Positions 13,282-25,953 of a stretch of DNA of 62,000 nt are shown here, in pieces. This DNA comes from Laetmonice hystrix. Lineage: Eukaryota. Where the stretch lies: contig OZ249436.1 in NCBI GenBank assembly GCA_965235115.1, positions 806,001 to 868,000 of the forward strand, read 5' to 3'. The notes under the pieces were generated by a model. The model did no database searches and was not told the DNA's origin. It worked only from the letters and a program-made list of their open reading frames with translations. The number at the start of each line of letters is the position of its first letter. Position 1 is the first letter of the stretch. The position numbers and the translations under genes were made by a program.

Positions 13282-13467
13282 GGACAAGTGCTAGTGTGAG
13301 GCCAAAAATTGGTTTGAGACAGATTTTTTTTAAATTTTGCAGATAAACAGAGTATGTTGTCCTCTTTCAAAATTCAGCAAAAAAATGATACCTCACCAGG
13401 TTACTTTTTTTGTTAAGAGCGTTTGAAATTGATATGTTCGTCATGTTAATTACTAATTACTGTTTAG

Positions 13468-13505
<38 letters not shown>

Positions 13506-13631
13506 CTATTTGTCATAACGGTCTCCAAGTTATAGAAGTGGTAAAAAAAAAAAAAAAAAAAAAAAAAGTTTGATTTTGAACTTTTTCACTTTTTGCTCAT
13601 TTACACCAGTGAAAATGTTCAAAGTCAAAAT

Positions 13632-13673
<42 letters not shown>

Positions 13674-13924
13674 TTCTATTTGTCATAACACCGTTCTGAC
13701 AAAAAAAAAAAGTAAAAAAAAAAAGAAAAAAAAAAAAAAATTGTAAACTGTATTCATTAACATGAAGAAAATTCCAACTTCAAACGCTCCTAACAAAAAA
13801 ACTAAGCCGGTGAGGTATCATTTTTTTGCTGAATTTTGAAAGAGGACAACATACTCTGTTTATCTGCAAAATTTTAAAAAAATCTGTCTCAAACCAATTT
13901 TTGGCCTCACACTAGCACTTGTCC
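13282..13924. mobile_element. Foldback Kolobok-like MITE
   Basis: TTAA flanks (13278-13281, 13925-13928); ~115-bp near-perfect TIRs beginning GGACAAGTGCTAGTGTGAGGCC; interior also palindromic with polyA/polyT tracts. Confidence 0.88.
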
Positions 13925-14008
13925 TTAAGCAGCGGTTTCCACGAGATTCAGAAAATGTTTCACCGCTCCTTGTCTCAAAAGGCCTGCCCACTGAAGGCAC
14001 GTGGTGTG

Positions 14009-14282
14009 CAGGGGCGGATCCAGGATTTTGGAAAAGGGGGGGGGGCGGTTGGAATTAAAGGGGGGCCGAGCCCTAGTAGGGGGTCCGGGGGCATGCCCCC
14101 GGACAATTTTGAACATCTAGAGTCTCTGAAATGGCATTTCCTGAAATTTCCTGCATCCTGAGAAAGCAAAATGTTTGCTTTTACAGTTGCAAACAGCAAA
14201 ATTTTGCCTTTTTTCTGATTGGTACCCTGACGAAAGGGGGGGGGGGCGGCCCCCTCGCCCCCCCCCCCTGAATCCGCCCCTG
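14009..14282. mobile_element. hAT-like MITE with 5-bp TSD
   Basis: TIR CAGGGGCGGATCCAGG / CCTGAATCCGCCCCTG; GTGTG on both sides. Confidence 0.75.
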
Positions 14283-14383
14283 GTGTGTGTTTACTGACGT
14301 GGTAACTAGGCCCTAGACAATACACCGCGCGCATGCGCGTCTGGTTTGTTTTGGACTGAAACGGCTCCGAGAACGGTTAACAC

Positions 14384-14425
14384 CAAGGATATTATACCTA
14401 CGGTACCGTAGGTATATTATCCTTG
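14384..14425. mobile_element. 42-bp palindrome, possible collapsed P-like element
   Basis: CAAGGATATTATACCTACGGT-ACCGTAGGTATATTATCCTTG (1 mismatch); flanks TTAACAC / TCAACAC. Confidence 0.5.
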
Positions 14426-15616
14426 TCAACACAATCAGGTGATATGAATTTTCAAAGGAACTAGGACAGCAGCTGGCATGTGATCAGCTGGGGGACTTTT
14501 TGAAGAGCTTGTGTCTGACACAGGTTGCGCACGTCTGTCTCAAGACTAGGGTCAAGCCCAGACGTCATGTTTTGGAAAACAATATCTGTACAAAAACCCT
14601 GTATCGTCGTTACATGCAAAATGGGTTGGTTGTCTTCTTATTCTCAATTCTGTCACCAGAATATCACACGGGCCCCATGGATATGATGGTGTATACACAA
14701 GAATAGCTTGAACCTGCCCCTACCCAAGTTTAAGTGTGGTCCCGAGCTTGAGATGGTTCTCAAGATAATCGCCAGGTGTGCAACCGAATCATGGTTCTGA
14801 GAGCAGCTTCAATCCAGCCTTGACCCAGTCCCAGCTCAGGACGTGCGCAACGTGCGCAACCGGCCATGCCAGACTCGTGTAGTGAGCAGGCGGAGGGACA
14901 GGGACTTGTTGACCGGCCTGTCTACCTTAGCTTGCTCGGATGGACCAGCGGGTCAGGGTGTTAGGTCTTTGAATTTGTCTCAGTTGTGTCCATTTGCCAC
15001 TCAATATAGGCCTACTTGTATAGGCCTACTTGTATAGGCCTACTTGTATACGGGGCGGTGCCAGACGCTGTCACTTGAGGAGATGTGAGTGAACCTACTT
15101 AGCAGGTAAGTTTGGGTAAAACGCCCACTGTGGGTAAGAGGCCCATTGCCTTCAATTTTCTAACAACTTTGCGAAGTCACAATAATTATGAATGCGCATA
15201 TCGGCAGCGACATCTGGCGATAATGACAGAAGGTGTTTGATTTTCTTTATGTCACGTCATGTTCTTCCCAGCACTTAACTTCATTTTTTGTCAGTTCCGT
15301 GTAAGTATAGAATCTACGTTCATGTTCTTGTCGTCCTGTTAGAAATCGAAGGCCTACAGAATCTTTTAGGGACATTAAGTTTTTGTAATAACATATCTAT
15401 AGGATATGTAAACAAAGATTTAGTCATGTCGTGCAATATCAGGTTTTAAAAAATGGCGGCCAAAAAAAGATGGCTGCCGGGTAAAACGCTCACACGTGCT
15501 CAGGGCAAGACGACCACTGATGGGCCGTTTACCCCACAATTATAACGACCTATATTTTGGATTAACAGATTGTTTATTCTTTGAAGGATATTGATTGACA
15601 TAGTACTGTTATAAAA

Positions 15617-15747
15617 ATGCCAAAAATACAAACGAAAGACAGCTCGTGGTTCGTATGGAGATAAAAGCGTTAAAAAACGCCCTTCATGCAGTAAACATGG
15701 GCGAGTCCCTGAAATCCATGTCCACACGGTATGGCATACCCACTAGG
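15617..15747 (+). pseudogene. Frameshifted HTH_psq-type N-terminus of a pogo/CENP-B-like transposase
   Basis: With two frameshifts reads MP/KYKRKTARGSYGDK/ALKNALHAVNMGESLKSMSTRYGIPTR, the typical pipsqueak HTH pattern (YKRKT...AL.AV..G.S....S..YGIP). Confidence 0.7.
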
Positions 15748-15867
15748 CGTTTTACCCCAAATAAGGGGTAAAACGCCCAACAGGTTTAATTTTTATAAAG
15801 TACAATTTTTGTCATTAAATATACGAATAGATTGGTCGGTGTCAGAATGTAGCCCATTAGTTTAGGC

Positions 15868-16505
15868 TTATGGTTTGATTTACATTGGGTTCATGGTTAT
15901 GGCCACTTTATATATCAGGTTATGGTTTGATTTATAGGCTACATTGGGTTCATGGTTATGGCCACTTTATATCTCAGGTTATGGTTTGATTGAGGCTACA
16001 TTGGGTTCATGGTTATGGCCACTTTATATCTCAGGTTATGGTTTGATTGAGGCTACATTGGGTTCATGGTTATGGCCACTTTATATCTCAGGTTATGGTT
16101 TGAGTTATAGGCTACATTGGGGTCATGGTTATCGCCACTTTATATCTCAGGTTATGGTTTGATTTACATTGGGTTCATGGTTATGGCCACTTTATATCTC
16201 AGGTTATGGTTTGATTTATAGGCTACATTGGGTTCATGGTTATCGCCACTTTATATCTCAGGTTATGGTTTGATTTATAGGCTACATTGGGTTCATGGTT
16301 ATGGCCACTTTATATCTCAGGTTATGGTTTGATTTATAGGCTACATTGGGTTCATGGTTATGGCCACTTTATATCTCAGGTTATGGTTTGATTTATAGGC
16401 TACATTGGGTTCATGGTTATGGCCACTTTATATCTCAGGTTATGGTTTGATTTATAGGCTACATTGGGTTCATGGTTATGGCCACTTTATATCTCAGGTT
16501 ATGGC
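15868..16505. repeat. ~59-bp minisatellite inside the pogo-like element
   Basis: TTATGGTTTGATTTATAGGCTACATTGGG...TATCTCAGG repeated. Confidence 0.97.
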
Positions 16506-17197
16506 TATACTTGGCCTTAGAGTGGGCGTTTTACCCCACCTTACCCTACCCCTCGGCAAGGGGTAGATTTAGAATCACTGCATGTTAATTGGATTTAGGT
16601 CGGATGTCACAAATTTATACATATTTAGTACTTATTGACCACCCTGGGACACCTGCATGTATGTCTGAATTCCGCAATTTGGTACATTATAATATCAGCC
16701 TTTAAAAGAGAAAGTTATAACCACAACTTTCACAAAATACTTTTACTCTAATATTACTATATGGTTGGTGGCCAACATAATATTATCACAGATAACATAC
16801 TCTAGTTAGTACCTTAAATTACCGGTAGGTACTAATATTGTTTTCCTGCTTTTTAAAAAACGGGGGGAAAAGTCGATTGGCTCGTGTAATTCAATGAAAA
16901 ATGTCCGATTTTGCCCACTTATTTCACATGGCAATTGGCCTAAAATGAAGAACTAAGTTATTTTATAGTTACGGATCGATTCTACATATCAAACAAATTG
17001 TTAAGATGATTTCAGAATGCTGATTTTCGAATTTGTTGCGTTCTGTTTTCACATGACCCAGTTCTACGTCTTCAATAACCTTCAGGGAAACTAGAAAAGT
17101 ACCGAATCTCGAATAGAGCCGAGACGAGACCAGCATCTTTTTTTATAGCTGCTCCGACTCGAGGCTTTACGGATAGACATTTTTAACACCTTAACAA

Positions 17198-17386
17198 CAG
17201 GGCCGTATGCTGGGGGGGGGGGGGGGGGGTTACTGGGGGTCTGTAACCCCCCTTGGGTCCAGCCTTAAAAATAAATTATAGACTTGTTTTCAAATATCTA
17301 ACCTTTATTGGAACCGCACAAAGGGTGCTGATGCGGTCACAGACTTTGTAACCCCCACCCCCCGGCCACTTGGCAGGATACGGCCG
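17198..17386. mobile_element. Degenerate CAGGGCCGTA-type MITE
   Basis: CAGGGCCGTAT...ATACGGCC inverted ends with G/C runs; TSD unclear. Confidence 0.4.
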
Positions 17387-17850
17387 TTAACCCCATTAGT
17401 TAATTAATTAATTACTTTTTCTCCGCCTAGCCAGTTTCAAAGAAGAAAGGATAGATAGATCTAAACAAATAAATTAAATCCTTGAATTCGGTATGAATGT
17501 TGTCTTCCAAGGACGACAGGAAATGAGATGAAGTCACTCTGAGATTTCCGCACACCGGTATCACGGAAATTAAGCGTTCTCAGGTATCTCTATCCCGATT
17601 CTAAAATTAACTCCAGCCCAGCGACTGCAGGAAAAATCTATTCTGTCTCAGAGACAATCAAGCTTTTGTCTCTGTACTGACGGAGCGCGTTCCCAGTGAG
17701 CGTCTGAACGTCATTCTACAGACGCCGCGTCTAGCGTTCACTCGACAGACGACATCCAAATCCTTCCCTTCAAAGGTTCCTCCATCAAACACTAGATGTC
17801 GCTGGACTAACGGCCAAGTCAGGAGACGATGAAACAAACCTTTTCATTGC

Positions 17851-18902
17851 ATATAAACTAGCTGTGGACTAATTCTGTAACAGCCTTTATAAACTAGCTG
17901 TGGACTAATTCTGTAACAGCTTCTATAAACTAGCTGTGTACAAACTCTGTAACAGCCTCTATAAACTAGAGCTCTGTGGACCAACTCTGTAACAGCCTCT
18001 ATAAACTAGCTGTGGACTAATTCTGTAACAGCCTCTATAAACTAGCTGTGGACCAACTCTGTAACAGCCTCTATAAACTAGCTGTGGACTAACTCTGTAA
18101 CAGCCTCTATAAACTAGCTGTGGACTAACTCTGTAACAGCCTCTATAAACTAGCTGTGGACTAACTCTGTAACAGCCTCTATAAACTAGCTGTGGACTAA
18201 TTCTGTAACAGCCTCTATAAACTAGCTGTGGACTAACTCTGTAACAGCCTCTATAAACTAGCTGTGGACTAGCTCTGTAACAGCCTCTATAAACTAGCTG
18301 TGTACAAACTCTGTAACAGCCTCTATAAACTAGAGCTCTGTGGACCAACTCTGTAACAGCCTCTATAAACTAGCTGTGGACCAACTCTGTAACAGCCTCT
18401 ATAAACTAGCTGTGGACTAACTCTGTAACAGCCTCTATAAACTAGAGCTCTGTGGACCAACTCTGTAACAGCCTCTATAAACTAGCTGTGGACCAACTCT
18501 GTAACAGCCTCTATAAACTAGCTGTGGACCAACTCTGTAACAGCCTCTATAAACTAGCTGTGGACTAACTCTGTAACAGCCTCTATAAACTAGCTGTGGA
18601 CTAACTCTGTAACAGCCTCTATAAACTAGCTGTGGACTAACTCTGTAACAGCCTCTATAAACTAGCTGTGGACTAACTCTGTAACAGCCTCTATAAACTA
18701 GCTGTGGACCAACTCTGTAACAGCTTCTATAAGCTAGCTGTGGACCAACTCTGTAACAGCTTCTATAAGCTAGCTGTGGACCAACTCTGTAACAGCTTCT
18801 ATAACTCTGTAACAGCCTCTATAGCTGTGGACTAACTGTGTAACAGCCTCTATAACTCTGTAACAGCCTCTAACTGTGGACCAACTCTGTAACAGCCTCT
18901 AT
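17851..18902. repeat. 36-bp minisatellite
   Basis: TATAAACTAGCTGTGGACTAACTCTGTAACAGCCTC repeated. Confidence 0.97.
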
Positions 18903-19096
18903 TAAAGGCATAGTTTCTGACTTGGCCCCTTTTGCCTCCTTCTCTATTAGACTTAAATTTTCGTTACCCTCCCCCCGACTTTCAAAATTCTAGATCATCC
19001 CCTAGTTCTGATAAAAGTCCAGGGTCTATAGATCTAAGCTAGCCCTATGTAGGCCTATGTACAGATCGCATATGTATGCAGTCAACAACGGGGAAT

Positions 19097-19252
19097 CAGG
19101 CTCGGATGTAGGGGTCCAGGAAGCCCCCCCCCATGAGAAAATTTGTGTGTGTGTGTGTTCACTAAAAAAAACTCAACAGTAGCCTATTGTAAATCGCCCG
19201 AGGACTGGTGCCCCCCCCCCCCACACCCCCACACCCCAAGTATCCGGGCCTG
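19097..19252. mobile_element. hAT-like MITE with 5-bp TSD
   Basis: TIR CAGGCTCGGAT / ATCCGGGCCTG; GGAAT directly on both sides. Confidence 0.65.
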
Positions 19253-19332
19253 GGAATCGTCCCGCTAGGTGGAGCCACAGCCGGTTAGGGATCTCTGGGC
19301 TGAATTAGGAGGATTCTAAATCATCTGTGACT

Positions 19333-22300
19333 GCCGTACACGTAACCTCCAATACGTGTAGATATAACTGACGGCGTCAGCCCTCCTACCGTACACGTAA
19401 CCTCCAATAGTGTAAATATAACTGACGGCGTCAGCCCTCCTGACCTACACGTAACCCTCCAATACGTGTAAATATAACTGACGGCGTCAGACCTCCTACC
19501 GTACACGTAACCTACAATACGTGTAAATATAACTGACGGCGTCAGCCCTCCTACCGTACACGTAACCCTCCAATACGTGTAAATATAACTGACGGCGTCA
19601 GCCCTCCTACCGTACACGTAACCCTCCAATACGTGTAAATATAACTGACGGCGTCAGCCCTCCTACCGTACACGTAACCTGCAATACGTGTAAATATAAC
19701 TGACGGCGTCAGCCCTCCTACCGTACACGTAACCTGCAATACGTGTAAATATAACTGACGGCGTCAGCCCTCCTACCGTACACGTAACCTGCAATATGTG
19801 TAAATATAACTGACGGCGTCAGCCCTCCTGACCTATACACGTAACCTGCAATACGTGTAAATATAACTGACGGCGTCAGCCCTCCTGACGTACACGTAAC
19901 CCTCCAATACGTGTAAATATAACTGACGGCGTCAGCCCTCCTACCGTACACGTAACCTGCAATATGTGTAAATATAACTGACGGCGTCAGCCCTCCTACC
20001 GTACACGTAACCCTCCAATACGTGTAAATATAACTGACGGCGTCAGCCCTCCTACCGTACACGTAACCCTCCAATACGTGTAGATATAACTGACGGCGTC
20101 AGCCCTCCTGACGTACACGTAACCCTCCAATACGTGTAAATATAACTGACGGCGTCAGCCCTCCTACCGTACACGTAACCCTCCAATACGTGTAAATATA
20201 ACTGACGGCCTCAGCCCTCCTACCGTACACGTAACCCTCCAATACGTGTAAATATAACTGACGGCGTCAGCCCTCCTACCGTACACGTAACCTGCAATAC
20301 GTGTAAATATAACTGACGGCGTCAGCCCTCCTACCGTACACGTAACCCTCCAATACGTGTAAATATAACTGACGGCGTCAGCCCTCCTGACGTACACGTA
20401 ACCCTCCAATACGTGTAAATATAACTGACGGCGTCAGCCCTCCTACCGTACACGTAACCCTCCAATACGTGTAAATATAACTGACGGCGTCAGCCCTCCT
20501 GACCTACACGTAACCCTCCAATACGTGTAAATATAACTGACGGCGTCAGCCCTCCTGACGTACACGTAACCTCCAATACGTGTAAATATAACTGACGGCG
20601 TCAGCCCTCCTGACGTACACGTAACCCTCCAATACGTGTAAATATAACTGACGGCGTCAGCCCTCCTACCGTACACGTAACCTGCAATACGTGTAAATAT
20701 AACTGACGGCGTCAGCCCCCCTACCGTACACGTAACCCTCCAATACGTGTAAATATAACTGACGGCGTCAGCCCTCCTACCGTACACGTAACCCTCCAAT
20801 ACGTGTAGATATAACTGACGGCGTCAGCCCTCCTGACGTACACGTAACCTCCAATACGTGTAAATATAACTGACGGCGTCAGCCCTCCTGCCGTACACGT
20901 AACCCTCCAATACGTGTAAATATAACTGACGGCGTCAGCCCTCCTACCGTACACGTAACCTCCAATACGTGTAAATATAACTGACGGCGTCAGCCCTCCT
21001 ACCGTACACGTAACCTGCAATACGTGTAAATATAACTGACGGCGTCAGCCCTCCTACCGTACACGTAACCCTCCAATACGTGTAAATATAACTGACGGCC
21101 TCAGCCCTCCTACCCTACACGTAACCCTCCAATACGTGTAAATATAACTGACGGCGTCAGCCCTCCTACCGTACACGTAACCTGCAATACGTGTAAATAT
21201 AACTGACGGCGTCAGCCCTCCTGACGTACACGTAACCCTCCAATACGTGTAAATATAACTGACGGCGTCAGCCCTCCTGACCTACACGTAACCCTCCAAT
21301 ACGTGTAAATATAACTGACGGCGTCAGCCCTCCTACCGTACACGTAACCTGCAATACGGGTAAATATAACTGACGGCGTCAGCCCTCCTACCGTACACGT
21401 AACCCTCCAATACGTGTAAATATAACTGACGGCGTCAGCCCTCCTACCGTACACGTAACCTGCAATACGTGTAAATATAACTGACGGCGTCAGCCCTCCT
21501 ACCGTACACGTAACCCTCCAATACGTGTAAATATAACTGACGGCGTCAGCCCTCCTACCGTACACGTAACCCTCCAATACGTGTAAATATAACTGACGGC
21601 GTCAGCCCTCCTACCGTACACGTAACCTACAATACGTGTAAATATAACTGACGGTGTCAGCCCTCCTACCGTACACGTAACCTGCAATACGTGTAAATAT
21701 AACTGACGGCGTCAGCCCTCCTACCGTACACGTAACCCTCCAATACGTGTAAATATAACTGACGGCGTCAGCCCTCCTACCGTACACGTAACCTCCAATA
21801 CGTGTAAATATAACTGACGGCGTCAGCCCTCCTACCGTACACGTAACCCTCCAATACGTGTAAATATAACTGACGGCGTCAGCCCTCCTACCGTACACGT
21901 AACCTGCAATACGTGTAAATATAACTGACGGCGTCAGCCCTCCTACCGTACACGTAACCCTCCAATACGTGTAAATATAACTGACGGCGTCAGCCCTCCT
22001 ACCGTACACGTAACCTGCAATACGTGTAAATATAACTGACGGCGTCAGCCCTCCTACCGTACACGTAACCCTCCAATACGTGTAAATATAACTGACGGCG
22101 TCAGCCCTCCTACCGTACACGTAACCTGCAATACGTGTAAATATAACTGACGGCGTCAGCCCTCCTACCGTACACGTAACCTGCAATACGTGTAAATATA
22201 ACTGACGGCGTCAGCCCTCCTACCGTACACGTCACCCTCCAATACGTGTAAATATAACTGACGGCGTCAGCCCTCCTACCGTACACGTAACCTGCAATAC

Positions 22301-24438
22301 GTGTAAATATAACTGACGGCGTCAGCCCTCCTGACGTACACGTAACCCTCCAATACGTGTAAATATAACTGACGGCGTCAGCCCTCCTGACCTACACGTA
22401 ACCCTCCAATACGTGTAAATATAACTGACGGCGTCAGCCCTCCTACCGTACACGTAACCTGCAATACGGGTAAATATAACTGACGGCGTCAGCCCTCCTA
22501 CCGTACACGTAACCTCCAATACGTGTAAATATAACTGACGGCGTCAGCCCTCCTACCGTACACGTAACCCTCCAATACGTGTAAATATAACTGACGGCGT
22601 CCGCCCTCCTGACCTACACGTAACCTCCAATACGTGTAAATATAACTGACGGCGTCAGCCCTCCTGACCTACACGTAACCCTCCAATACGTGTAAATATA
22701 ACTGACGGCGTCAGCCCTCCTACCGTACACGTAACCTCCAATACGTGTAAATATAACTGACGGCGTCAGCCCTCCTACCGTACACGTAACCTGCAATACG
22801 TGTAAATATAACTGACGGCGTCAGCCCTCCTACCGTACACGTAACCTACAATACGTGTAAATATAACTGACGGCGTCAGCCCTCCTACCGTACACGTAAC
22901 CTCCAATACGTGTAAATATAACTGACGGCGTCAGCCCTCCTACCCTACACGTAACCCTCCAATACGTGTAAATATAACTGACGGCGTCAGCCCTCCTACC
23001 GTACACGTAACCCTCCAATACGTGTAAATATAACTGACGGCGTCAGCCCTCCTACCGTACACGTAACCCTCCAATACGTGTAGATATAACTGACGGCGCC
23101 AGCCCTCCTGACGTACACGTAACCCTCCAATACGTGTAAATATAACTGACGGCGTCAGCCCTCCTACCGTACACGTAACCCTCCAATACGTGTAAATATA
23201 ACTGACGGCGTCAGCCCTGATACCGTACACGTAACCCTCCAATACGTGTAAATATAACTGACGGCGTCAGCCCTCCTACCGTACACGTAACCCTCCAATA
23301 CGTGTAAATATAACTGACGGCGTCAGCCCTCCTACCGTACACGTAACCCTCCAATACGTGTAAATATAACTGACGGCGTCAGCTCTCCTACCGTACACGT
23401 AACCATCCAATACGTGTAAATATAACTGACGGCGTCAGCCCTCCTGACGTACACGTAACCCTCCAATACGTGTAAATATAACTGACGGCGTCAGCCCTCC
23501 TACCGTATACGTAACCTGCAATACGTGTAAATATAACTGACGGCGTCAGCCCTCCTGCCGTACACGTAACCCTCCAATACGTGTAAATATAACTGACGGC
23601 GTCAGCCCTCCTACCCTACACGTAACCCTCCAATACGTGTAAATATAACTGACGGCGTCAGCCCTCCTGCCGTACACGTAACCTGCAATACGTGTAAATA
23701 TAACTGACGGCGTCAGCCCTCCTACCGTACACGTAACCCTCCAATACGTGTAAATATAACTGACGGCGTCAGCCCTCCTACCGTACACGTAACCCTCCAA
23801 TACGTGTAAATATAACTGACGGCGTCAGCCCTCCTACCGTACACGTAACCTGCAATACGTGTAAATATAACTGACGGCGTCAGCCCTCCTGACCTACACG
23901 TAACCTGCAATACGTGTAAATATAACTGACGGCGTCAGCCCTCCTACCGTACACGTAACCTGCAATACGGGTAAATATAACTGACGGCGTCAGCCCTCCT
24001 ACCGTACACGTAACCTGCAATACGTGTAAATATAACTGACGGCGTCAGCCCTCCTACCGTACACGTAACCCTCCAATACGTGTAAATATAACTGACGGCC
24101 TCAGCCCTCCTACCGTACACGTAACCCTCCAATACGTGTAAGTATAACGGACGGCGTCAGCCCTCCTACCGTACACGTAACCTGCAATACGTGTAAATAT
24201 AATTGACGGCGTCAGCCCTCCTACCGTACACGTAACCCTCCAATACGTGTAAATATAACTGACGGCGTCAGCCCTCCTACCGTACACGTAACCTGCAATA
24301 CGTGTAAATATAACTGACGGCGTCAGCCCTCCTGCCGTACACGTAACCCTCCAATACGTGTAAATATAACTGACGGCGTCAGCCCTCCTACCGTACACGT
24401 AACCCTCCAATACGTGTAAATATAACTGACGGCGTCAG
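19333..24438. repeat. 55/56-bp satellite, ~5.1 kb
   Basis: CGTACACGTAACCCTCCAATACGTGTAAATATAACTGACGGCGTCAGCCCTCCTAC, ~90 copies. Confidence 0.98.
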
Positions 24439-24702
24439 ACGTCCTGCCGGATTACGGGTCTACCTAACGACTCTATTGTTGAGCCGTGAATAAACACAGT
24501 CCGTATTGCCGTATAATGATATCATGGCGATAGACTAAACGCAAATATCTACGATTGTTTATGAGACAAGAATGGCTCAGACCGCCTTGTGGCCTACCGC
24601 TGGCGGTATTGTGCCATCATCGATTCGCCGTCATTTCCCGCAATATGTCTACAGTCGCAATAATTGTCTGTTCTACCTGAATAAACACAGCTAAGACAGC
24701 AG

Positions 24703-24715
24703 TGCCCCCTGGTGG
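24703..24715 (-). promoter_or_regulatory. CTCF consensus-like motif
   Basis: Reverse complement CCACCAGGGGGCA. Confidence 0.5.
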
Positions 24716-25379
24716 GCACTGATAAGACGACGTCTGACGCCGTCCATCACGCGAACCATCGTCCAGGCGACACAAACCATGGCGTTTCCAGACAACAACG
24801 AGCAAGAACAACGTTTTTGCTTTAGCTGAAATGGGAGTGATTATTTGATTTGGACCGAACCGAACGTTGGCTAATTAAAACTCTTTTTTTTTGTCCCCCA
24901 ATTACAAATCCCAATTTGTGGCTACATAACGGCTGTAGTTTTTTTCTATTTGGAAGGCGGCGTGCGACTGTTGACGTGATCGACTGCAGACGGATCGTCG
25001 ACTGGAAAACGTCACAATCAATAACGTCACATTAAACACGACGAGCGTCGTCATTCTCGACGTCACAATAACGTCACGTTACGCCATTACGAGTTGCATG
25101 GGGTTAAGTCACCGGGCGTCGGTAATTAACCTCTAGAATGGGTTAAACTCGACCTACCGTGGCTGGGCTGGCTAATGAGTTATTGAGATGGTCATTGTCG
25201 GCAACATTCCGTAATTACATCATGGGTTGCTGAGCGTCAGAGACAGAAGAAGCTCGCAATAGTCTAGATCTAAGGCCCTGTACCTTGGACTTTGCATGTT
25301 GGACCTACCAAATCCTTAGGGCCTGAGAATTTATTGTTTCCGTCCCATCTGAGATCAGTGGATGGAAATGGGTCCTAGT

Positions 25380-25953
25380 AGGCGTAGAAAAACATGAACC
25401 GCACCCACTCAGTCCTTGTACACGCCGGGGTAGGCGTACAAAAACATGTACCTCATCCACTCAGTGCTTGTACACGCCGGGGTAGGCGTACAAAAACATG
25501 TACCGCACCCACTCAGTCCTTGTACACGCCGGGGTAGGTGTACAAAAACATGTACCGCACCCACTCAGTCCTTGTACACGCCGGGGTAGGTGTACAAAAA
25601 CATGTACCTCATCCACTCAGTGCTTGTACACGCCGGGGTAGGTGTACAAAAACATGTACCTCATCCACTCAGTGCTTGTACACGCCGGGGTAGGCGTACA
25701 AAAACATGTACCTCATCCACTCAGTGCTTGTACACGCCGGGGTAGGCGTACAAAAACATGTACCTCATCCACTCAGTCCTTGTACACGCTGGGGTAGGCG
25801 TACAAAAACATGTACCTCATCCACTCAGTGCTTGTACACGCCGGGGTAGGCGTACAAAAACATGTACCTCATCCACTCAGTGCTTGTACACGCCGGGGTA
25901 GGTGTACAAAAACATGTACCTCATCCACTCAGTGCTTGTACACGCCGGGGTAG
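25380..25953. repeat. 52-bp minisatellite
   Basis: GGGGTAGGCGTACAAAAACATGTACC...TTGTACACGCC repeated. Confidence 0.96.

Larger units (their letters stand above)
15103..16546 (+). mobile_element. Internally deleted pogo-like (Tc1/mariner superfamily) transposon
   Basis: Ends GGTAAGTTTGGGTAAAACGCCCACT and AGTGGGCGTTTTACCCCACCTTACCC followed by TA; internal copies of GGGTAAAACGC; transposase N-terminal remnant inside. Confidence 0.75.

Noticed and set aside
19333..24438. CRISPR-like appearance (palindromic repeats at regular spacing)
   Set aside because: No unique spacers, no cas genes, and the context is an intron-containing animal locus.
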